From the NCBI GenBank assembly GCA_031390075.1, contig JANMTD010000621.1:1-43387 (forward strand): a DNA stretch of 43,387 bases. The letters are read 5' to 3'. A program made the position numbers and the translations under genes. The notes under the pieces are model-generated. The model made no database searches. It saw only the letters and a program-made list of their open reading frames with translations, and had not been told where the DNA came from. Shown piece by piece: positions 17,301 through 23,564 of this stretch (the stretch's first letter is position 1; every line of letters begins with the position of its first letter). Origin of the DNA: Deltaproteobacteria bacterium. GTDB taxonomy: Bacteria > Myxococcota_A > UBA9160 > UBA4427.

Positions 17301-19992
17301 CGTGATCGCCCTGGCCGCCCACGTCCAGCGCCGTTATGCGCCGATCATTCCCGAGGCCTACCGCGCCGTGCGCGTCGACGGCGAGCCGATCCACTGCGTC
17401 GAGTACAAGGATCGGGGCGTCGTCCTCGCCGCGACGGGCAGTCCGGCGGAGGCGGCCGTCTGGATGGACCGCCTCATGCGCGGCGCCGAGTCCCTGCGCG
17501 AGCGGGATCCGTCGACTCCGATCGTGGCGCTCGAATACCTGATTCCGTCCGGGACGGGCGTCGACTGGGATGTGCTCTTGTCGCAGATCGAGGACGCCTA
17601 TCGCGAGCGCGAATTCGATTGGCGGATCACGTTCGGCTCGCTCACGCCCGACGGCGAGGGCGACATCTACCGCACGCTCGTGCGGCGAAACGGCCGCCTC
17701 GAGCAGGCGATCGAGCACTACGACCTCCATCCCGAGACCGCCAAGCGCATCGCACTCGACCGTTATGTCGCGTTCGACCTCGAGCGGCTGCAGTCGGAGG
17801 AGGGCATCTACGCCTTTCATGGGCGCGCGAAGAACGCGCCCGGGGACGAGCGGATCTTCGTGCTCGCCGACGCCCGCGACCGCTCGCCCGAGCCCGGCCG
17901 CGAGCTGTACCACCACCTCGCGACCTTCGAGCGCGTCTTCAACCGCGCCGCGCGAAGGCTCCGCACGATCCTCCAGATCCATGATCCACGCCGAAGGCTG
18001 CAGTGGAATCGGATCGCGATCTTCGTCGCGCCCTCGATCTTCATCGAGCCCGAGGTCGCGAACGACATCGCGCGGCGGCTCGCGCCGGCGACCCGGCATC
18101 TCGGCCTGGAGAAGGTCGTGGTCCGACTCAACCGGCTCGACCGGGCACAGCCCGACGGTCCCGCTTCGCCCTACGAGCTCGTCATCAGCGACACGGGCGA
18201 GCAGCTCGAGCTCGTCTGGCGTGAGCCGCATGACGAGGCGCTCCTGCCCGCGCAGGAGTACGAGCGCAAGGTCGTCTCCGCGCGCCATCGCCGGCTCATC
18301 TATCCGTACGAGATCGTGAAGATGCTGACCTCCGACTCCCCCGATTCGCCAGAGGCGTCGGGGGGCGAGGGCTCCTTCGAGGAGTTCGATCTCGATCCGA
18401 AGAGCCCGCGCCCGGTCGCGCAGAGCGTCGCGGACCGGCCCTACGGCCAGAACAGGGCGGCGGTGGTCTTCGGTCTGATCCGGACGCCGACCGAGAAGGT
18501 GCCGGAGGGGATGCTGCGCGTCCTCGTGCTCTCGGATCCGACGATGGGAATGGGCGCGCTGTCGGCGCCGGAATGCGATCGGCTGGTCGCGGCCTTCGAT
18601 CTGGCGGAGTCGCTCGGCGTTCCGCTCGAGTGGGTTCCCGTCTCGTCGGGCGCCAAGATCGCGATGGACAGCGGGACCGAGAACCTCGACGCGACGGCCC
18701 GCGTCGTGCGCCGGATCGTGACCTTCACGCAGGCCGGTGGCATCGTGAACATCATCGTCCAGGGCGTCAACGTCGGCGCCCAGAGTTACTTCGACGCGCT
18801 CGCGACGATGCTGATGCACACGAAGGGCGTCCTCATCATGACGCAGACCGCGTCGATGGTGTTGACGGGACGCGCGGCCCTCGAGGCCTCGGGCGCGGTG
18901 TCGGCGGAGGACGAGATCGCGATCGGCGGCTTCGAGCGGATCATGGGTCCGAACGGCGAGGCGCAGTACTACGCGCGCAGCCTGGTCGACGCCTATCGCA
19001 TCCTCTACGAGCACTACCGCTTCAGCTACGTCGTCCCGGGCGAGAGCGGCCCGCGGCTGCTCGCGACCCGCGACGAGCGCCATCGCTCGATCGCGACGAG
19101 CCCCCTCGCTCCCGGCGACGCGGATGGCCTCACGACGGTCGGCGAGCTCTTCGACGACGAGACGAATCCCGGTCGCAAGCGGCCGTTCGCGATGCGGGCG
19201 GTGATGCGGGCCCTCGTCGACATCGACGGCGGCTTCCTCGAGCGCTGGAACGCCTGGGTCGGGGGCGAGACGGCGATCGTGTGGGACGCCCATATTGGGG
19301 GCCTGCCAATCACGTTGATCGGGATCGAGAGCCGCAACGTGCCGCGGGACGGCTTCCATCCGGCGGATGGTCCCGAGGCCTGGAACGGTGGCACGCTGTT
19401 TCCGCAGTCGTCGAAGAAGGTCGCGCGGGCGATCAACGCGGCGTCGGGGAACCGGCCGGTCGTCGTGCTCGCGAATCTCTCGGGCTTCGACGGGTCGCCG
19501 GAATCGCTGCGCAAGATCCAGCTCGAGAACGGCGCGGAGATCGCGCGCGCGGTCGTGAACTTCCGCGGGCCCGTCTACTTCGCGGTCGTCTCGCGGTATC
19601 ACGGCGGCGCCTACGTCGTGTTTTCGCAGGAGCTGAACGACGAGCTGAAGGCGGTGGCGCTGACGGGCTCGTACGCGTCGGTGATCGGCGGAGGTCCGGC
19701 GGCGGCGGTCGTGTTCAGCCGCGAGGTGGCGGCGCAGGCCCTCGACGATCCGCGTGTGAAGGACCGGTCCGATCTCGTCCGGCGCCATCCGACCGAGGAG
19801 AACCGCGCCGCCCTCGATGCGGTCCTGCGGGAGGTCACGCTCGAGAAGCAGGCCTCGCTCGCGGCGGAGTTCGATGCGATCCACAACGTCGAGCGCGCGC
19901 GCCAGGTCGGCTCCCTGTCGGAGATCCTCGAGCCCGCGAATCTGCGTGCGGCGCTGATCGAGTCGCTCGAGCTCTCTCGCCGCGGCTTGTGA
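14365..19992 (+). CDS. Single-chain multidomain biotin-dependent acyl-CoA carboxylase (BC - BCCP - central region of about 600 aa - CT)
   Basis: Biotin carboxylase/ATP-grasp motifs 'GFPVVLKATAGGGGRGIRIV' and 'EVNPRLQVEHGLTE'. Biotinyl motif 'LLEAMKMEI', with the Lys codon at 16261-16263. Carboxyltransferase region from about 18.4 kb ('VLSDPTMGMGALS...VSSGAKIAMDSG...LTGRAALE'; 'ANLSGFDGSPESLR'). One uninterrupted ORF. ATG 14365 is assumed as the start; ATG 14353 and TTG 14338 are alternatives. Confidence 0.85.
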   Translation: MTNVSETKKPAETRRIERLAIVNRGEAAVRCLRTAKSLREREGGGLEVIALFTAPDRNTPFVRQADRAFLMPSPRGAVASYLDHDGVIAALKEARADAVWPGWGFVAEDPVFVDRLDAEGILFLGPSADAMRALGDKIQSKLFAEKAGVPVSPWSGGALADEKEALEHAQQIGFPVVLKATAGGGGRGIRIVEQPEGLAEAFRSATAEATAAFGNGTLFVEAMIQGGRHIEVQVAADKHGHARAFGCRDCSVQRRHQKVVEEAPPPGLSDAVLERLENAATNLVRHVGYCGVGTVEFLLRGEDFYFLEVNPRLQVEHGLTELIAGIDLVEIQIRIARGESIEGIERKRRGVALEARVCAEDPDEGFLPSPGRIALFEPALGPHTRVDSGVTTGTVISSDFDSLIAKVITVGEDRQESIARLACALRDFELVVEGGATNKGYLLDILAAPDFQAGGVDTRWLDRFSAERTSLAESLPELARDALVGAAILSYQRTRATLRTGVFGGQGIGVRLPASEGQQIDLSFGGESYRLKVYAIGSWRYRVHLDGVAVGAMMREEGTHAARLVIDDRVRRIHYDINDRGLRLEVDGHPLRFSSQTAGQVRAGSPAVVVTLHVELGATVSAGQSLGLLEAMKMEIGFQAPVAGTVKEILVHKGQQVAAGDVILVIEEAADDVGTPRDRVRIGLPVQADPLASLFREKAERPLGIPDLLAADNANLAERRVAIDAAREEIRRVLLGYDVNPDRSDSLAAFLEASIPETISDGFRRELSEIRHELTTFADVEVLTIRAPSASISGQSGPSNSARLRMYVRRVEAEGSGIDDDYLGLVKAALAHYGVPDLQPSDALRRALLRLLTCEAGRSARLVLVLGILRRITALAQLDIFMGDDERLERALHRIARMRPQVTDAVADAALEASYVIFQQPGIEERARRSSGSVERWLAQAEVDLVAPPTGVLLEVASSPRLVFERVGRWIGGEDSNRRVIALAAHVQRRYAPIIPEAYRAVRVDGEPIHCVEYKDRGVVLAATGSPAEAAVWMDRLMRGAESLRERDPSTPIVALEYLIPSGTGVDWDVLLSQIEDAYREREFDWRITFGSLTPDGEGDIYRTLVRRNGRLEQAIEHYDLHPETAKRIALDRYVAFDLERLQSEEGIYAFHGRAKNAPGDERIFVLADARDRSPEPGRELYHHLATFERVFNRAARRLRTILQIHDPRRRLQWNRIAIFVAPSIFIEPEVANDIARRLAPATRHLGLEKVVVRLNRLDRAQPDGPASPYELVISDTGEQLELVWREPHDEALLPAQEYERKVVSARHRRLIYPYEIVKMLTSDSPDSPEASGGEGSFEEFDLDPKSPRPVAQSVADRPYGQNRAAVVFGLIRTPTEKVPEGMLRVLVLSDPTMGMGALSAPECDRLVAAFDLAESLGVPLEWVPVSSGAKIAMDSGTENLDATARVVRRIVTFTQAGGIVNIIVQGVNVGAQSYFDALATMLMHTKGVLIMTQTASMVLTGRAALEASGAVSAEDEIAIGGFERIMGPNGEAQYYARSLVDAYRILYEHYRFSYVVPGESGPRLLATRDERHRSIATSPLAPGDADGLTTVGELFDDETNPGRKRPFAMRAVMRALVDIDGGFLERWNAWVGGETAIVWDAHIGGLPITLIGIESRNVPRDGFHPADGPEAWNGGTLFPQSSKKVARAINAASGNRPVVVLANLSGFDGSPESLRKIQLENGAEIARAVVNFRGPVYFAVVSRYHGGAYVVFSQELNDELKAVALTGSYASVIGGGPAAAVVFSREVAAQALDDPRVKDRSDLVRRHPTEENRAALDAVLREVTLEKQASLAAEFDAIHNVERARQVGSLSEILEPANLRAALIESLELSRRGL

Positions 19993-20005
19993 GCCGGGCG
20001 GGGGA

Positions 20006-20962
20006 ATGGCTCTCGGGGACGAGCGGGCGTCGCGCGGGGACGGGCTCGTCAGCGGACTGCTCGCCGGGCTGACCTGGCTCTGCGAGCACATATCGATCGA
20101 GCGGTCGCTTGCCTTCGCCGCGGCGTTCGGCCGGCTCTGGGTCCGCGTCGGCGCTCCGCGCACGCGCCGGGTCGACGCGGCCCTCGCACGCGCGCTGCCC
20201 GAGCTCGCTGCGGGCGAACGCGCGCGCGTGACGCGCGAGGTCTTCGTCCATCTCGCGCAGGGGCTGGTCGAGCTCCTGCTGCTGCGCGGCGGCCGGCGTG
20301 CGGAGCTGCTCGCGCGGGTCGAGATCTCGGGCCTCGAGCAGATCGCCGAGGCATCGCGGGCGACGCCCTCGGGCGGGGTCCTCGTCGTGACGGCCCACCT
20401 CGGCAATTGGGAGCTCGCCTGCGCCAAGGTCGCGGCCCTCGGCTTTCCCGTCTCGGTCGTCTACCGCGGGCTACGCCATTCCGCCCTCGACCGCGCGCTC
20501 GTCAAACTTCGGGGTCGGGCGGGCAGCGAGCCTGGCGGAGTCCCGGTCGAGCAGATCAAGCTCGGGCGCGCGGGGCTGCCGGTCGTGCGCGCCCTCGAGG
20601 CGGGGCGCAACGTGCTCGTCTTGCTCGACCAGAACGCGGGGCGCGAAGAGGGCGTATTCGTCCAGTTCTTCGGGCAGGCGGCGTGTACGCGTTCCGGGCC
20701 GGTGGCCCTCGCGGCGCTTCGGGGCCATCCGGTCGTGCCGGCCTTCATCCACCGCGAGGCGGGCGGCCTGCGGCACCGCATCGAGATCCAGCCGGCCCTC
20801 GCCCTCGAACCGGGCGCCGCGGAGGATGAGGAGATCCTGCGCCGGAACGTCGAACGGGTGACCGGCGCGATCGAGGCGGCGATCCGGGCGTGGCCCGGCC
20901 AGTGGACCTGGACCCATCGGCGCTGGCGAACCCGGCCGCCGGGAGCCGGCGGGGCCGGGTGA
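20006..20962 (+). CDS. LpxL/HtrB-family (lipid A biosynthesis lauroyl/myristoyl-type) acyltransferase
   Basis: 'VVTAHLGNWELA' is the HX4E catalytic motif of the family. 'LLDQN' and the C-terminal 'PGQWTWTHRRWRT' are also present. Confidence 0.8.
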   Translation: MALGDERASRGDGLVSGLLAGLTWLCEHISIERSLAFAAAFGRLWVRVGAPRTRRVDAALARALPELAAGERARVTREVFVHLAQGLVELLLLRGGRRAELLARVEISGLEQIAEASRATPSGGVLVVTAHLGNWELACAKVAALGFPVSVVYRGLRHSALDRALVKLRGRAGSEPGGVPVEQIKLGRAGLPVVRALEAGRNVLVLLDQNAGREEGVFVQFFGQAACTRSGPVALAALRGHPVVPAFIHREAGGLRHRIEIQPALALEPGAAEDEEILRRNVERVTGAIEAAIRAWPGQWTWTHRRWRTRPPGAGGAG

Positions 20963-21061
20963 GGCCCCGATCGGGCGGATTGCGAGGGCCCGAGCGCGTG
21001 TGTGATGATCCCCCACTCACCCGCCGCCCGAAGGCCTGGATTCAGGGTCGAGGAACACCTC

Positions 21062-22315
21062 ATGTCCCCCACCGATTCGCCCGCGGCTCCCGTGCCTGCG
21101 TTGGCCGCCCCGTCCCGGGCGGAGGCGGAGCGCTGGGTCGCCGATGTCGTGAGTGGAGGCGAGTTTGCGCCGGATCGGGCCGAGGCCCTCGGCGCCTCGC
21201 TCCGCAACGCGGGGATCCGCGACGTGCTCGCGGCGGGCGCGACGGAGATCAAACGAAAACAGACGGGCCAGCGCGTCACGGTCTCCCGCAACATCTTCAT
21301 CCCGCTGACCAATCTCTGCCGCAACCGCTGCTCCTACTGCACCTTCGCGAAGCTGCCGGATTCCCCCGAAGCCCATACCTACAGCCTCGACGAGGTCGAG
21401 GAGGTCGTGCGCGGCGGCGTCGCGACGGGCTGCATCGAGGTCTTGATGTGTCTCGGCGACAAGCCCGAGGTGGCCTACGGGAGCTACCGCGAGCAGCTCG
21501 CCGAGCGCGGCTTCTCGAGCACGTCGGAGCTGCTCTTCGAGGCGTGCCGCCGGGCCGTCGCCCTCGGCATGCTGCCGCATACCAACGCCGGCATCCTGAC
21601 GCGCGAGGAGCTGCAGCGGCTGCGGCCTGTCAATGCGTCGATGGGGCTGATGCTCGAGACGACGAGCCGACGGCTGCGCGAAAAGGGTGGACCCCATTTC
21701 CACGCCCCCGACAAGGAGCCCTCCGTCCGCATCCGCATGCACGAGATCGCGGGCGAGCTCAAGATCCCCTTCACGAGCGGCATGCTGCTCGGCATCGGCG
21801 AGAACGACGCCGAACGTGTCGACACGCTCCGCACGATCGCCGATCTCGCGCGCCGCTTCGGCCACATCCAGGAAGCGATCATCCAACCCTTCCACCCCAA
21901 GCCGGGGACGAAGATGCGCGCGGCCTCGTCTCTCGACGACGACATCGTGGTCGGTTGGGTGGCGCTCGCGCGGCTGATCCTGCCGCCCGCGGTCCACGTC
22001 CAGGCCCCGCCGAACCTCGGCTCGAACATGCTGCCGCGACTGCTCGCGGCGGGGGTCGACGATTGGGGCGGTGTATCGCCCGTGACCGTCGACTTCATCA
22101 ATCCCGAGGCGCCGTGGCCGGCGCTCCACCAGCTGCGCAAGGAGACGGAGGCCGCAGGCTTCGAGCTCCGGGAGCGCGGACCCGTCTATCCCGAGTGGAT
22201 TCTCGAGAAGCCCGATTTCTTCGACCCGCAGGTGCGGGCTCTGCTGCCCAGCTACGCCAACGACGAGGGCTATGCGCAGCGGAAAAACGACCAGTCCAAC
22301 GAGGAGGCCGCCTGA
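21062..22315 (+). CDS. cofG: FO (7,8-didemethyl-8-hydroxy-5-deazariboflavin) synthase subunit 1, radical SAM CofG
   Basis: Radical-SAM motif 'CRNRCSYC', with 'VLMCLGDKPE', 'LPHTNAG', 'IQPFHPKPGT' and 'DDWGGVSPVT'. ATG 21062 has a gagga SD. Confidence 0.8.
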   Translation: MSPTDSPAAPVPALAAPSRAEAERWVADVVSGGEFAPDRAEALGASLRNAGIRDVLAAGATEIKRKQTGQRVTVSRNIFIPLTNLCRNRCSYCTFAKLPDSPEAHTYSLDEVEEVVRGGVATGCIEVLMCLGDKPEVAYGSYREQLAERGFSSTSELLFEACRRAVALGMLPHTNAGILTREELQRLRPVNASMGLMLETTSRRLREKGGPHFHAPDKEPSVRIRMHEIAGELKIPFTSGMLLGIGENDAERVDTLRTIADLARRFGHIQEAIIQPFHPKPGTKMRAASSLDDDIVVGWVALARLILPPAVHVQAPPNLGSNMLPRLLAAGVDDWGGVSPVTVDFINPEAPWPALHQLRKETEAAGFELRERGPVYPEWILEKPDFFDPQVRALLPSYANDEGYAQRKNDQSNEEAA

Positions 22316-22316
22316 C

Positions 22317-23564
22317 ATGCTCGACCAACTGACATCTGCCGTATCCCCCGATGTGCGCGGCCTGCTCGAGAAGGCCCTGGAAAAGCGAGAGCTGACGCCG
22401 CAGGACGCCGAACGGCTGTTGACGGTCCACGGCCTCGATTTTCACGCCCTGATCGCCGCGGCCGACTTCGCCCGGCGCGAGGATTGCGGGGACGACGTCA
22501 GCTACGTCGTCTGTCGCAACATCAACTTCACGAACGTCTGTTATGTGGGCTGCTCCTTCTGCGGCTTCGCCCGCCACAAGGACGACCATGCGGAAGCCTT
22601 CGATCGAACCCACGCCGAGATCCTCGCGAAATGCGAGGACGCCGTGCAGCGCGGCGCGACCGAGGTCTGCATCCAGGGCGGCATCCATCCCAACAAGGAC
22701 CACACCCACTACCGCGACATCCTGCGCGCAGTCAAATCCGCCTACCCCGCTCTCCACATCCACGCCTACTCGCCCGAGGAAATCGACTTCGGACACAAAA
22801 AGAGCGGGATGAAGCTGGCCGACTACCTGCGCTGGCTGGTCGACGCGGGCCTCGGCACGATGCCCGGCACCGCCGCCGAGATCCTCGACGACGAGGTCCG
22901 CGACATCCTCTCGCCGAAGAAGCTGCGAACCGCGCGCTGGATCGAGATCATCACTGCCGCCCACCAGATCGGCCTGCGCTCGACCTCGACGCTGATGTAC
23001 GGCCACATCGAAGCGCCCCGCCACATCGCCGCCCACCTCGACATCCTGCGGGAGATCCAGAAGCGGACCGGCGGCTTCACCGAGTTCGTCCCCCTCGGCT
23101 TCATCCACGAGCGCAACCTCCTCTACAACCTGCTCGGCTCGCGGCCCGGCCCGTCGATGGAAGAGGATCTGCGCATCATCGCCGTGTCGCGGCTCTTCCT
23201 GCGGCCCTGGATCAAGAACGTCCAGGTCTCGTGGGTCAAGATGGGCCACAAGCTCGGCCAGATGGCTCTGTCTGCTGGCGCAAATGACTTCGGTGGCACG
23301 TTGATGGAGGAGTCGATCAGCCGCGAGTCCGGCGCGGACCACGGCGAGAACACCCCCGCCGAGGAGTTCCGCCGCCTGATCCGCGAGCTCGGCCGCGTTC
23401 CGGTCGAGCGAACGACGCTCTACGGGGTCGTCCAGCGCTTCGAGGATCCCGCTCTCGACCCGCCGTCCCGCGAGCCGCAGAAGACGGTCGATCTCTCGGG
23501 TCCCTCGCGCTGGCGCAAGGCACTCGAGACATCGGCGCCCGCCGCACCCGCCGCGTCTCTCTAG
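22317..23564 (+). CDS. cofH: FO synthase subunit 2, radical SAM CofH
   Basis: 'NINFTNVCYVGCSFCGF' contains the CxxxCxxC motif. 'EVCIQGGIHP', 'MPGTAAEIL', 'STLMYGHIE' and 'GANDFGGTLMEE' are present. The start lies 1 nt after the cofG stop. Confidence 0.8.
   Translation: MLDQLTSAVSPDVRGLLEKALEKRELTPQDAERLLTVHGLDFHALIAAADFARREDCGDDVSYVVCRNINFTNVCYVGCSFCGFARHKDDHAEAFDRTHAEILAKCEDAVQRGATEVCIQGGIHPNKDHTHYRDILRAVKSAYPALHIHAYSPEEIDFGHKKSGMKLADYLRWLVDAGLGTMPGTAAEILDDEVRDILSPKKLRTARWIEIITAAHQIGLRSTSTLMYGHIEAPRHIAAHLDILREIQKRTGGFTEFVPLGFIHERNLLYNLLGSRPGPSMEEDLRIIAVSRLFLRPWIKNVQVSWVKMGHKLGQMALSAGANDFGGTLMEESISRESGADHGENTPAEEFRRLIRELGRVPVERTTLYGVVQRFEDPALDPPSREPQKTVDLSGPSRWRKALETSAPAAPAASL

Noticed and set aside
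15568-20427. Very long minus-strand ORF (1,619 aa) antisense to the carboxylase. Similar long ORFs occur at 2105-4615(-), 3939-5810(+), 5233-6636(-), 28467-30350(+), 21017-22318(-) and 22098-23342(-).
   Set aside because: Their translations are monotonous Arg/Pro/Gly/Ala-rich strings with no motifs. They lie opposite or out of frame to genes with clear family signatures. Long stop-free alternative frames are expected at this GC content.
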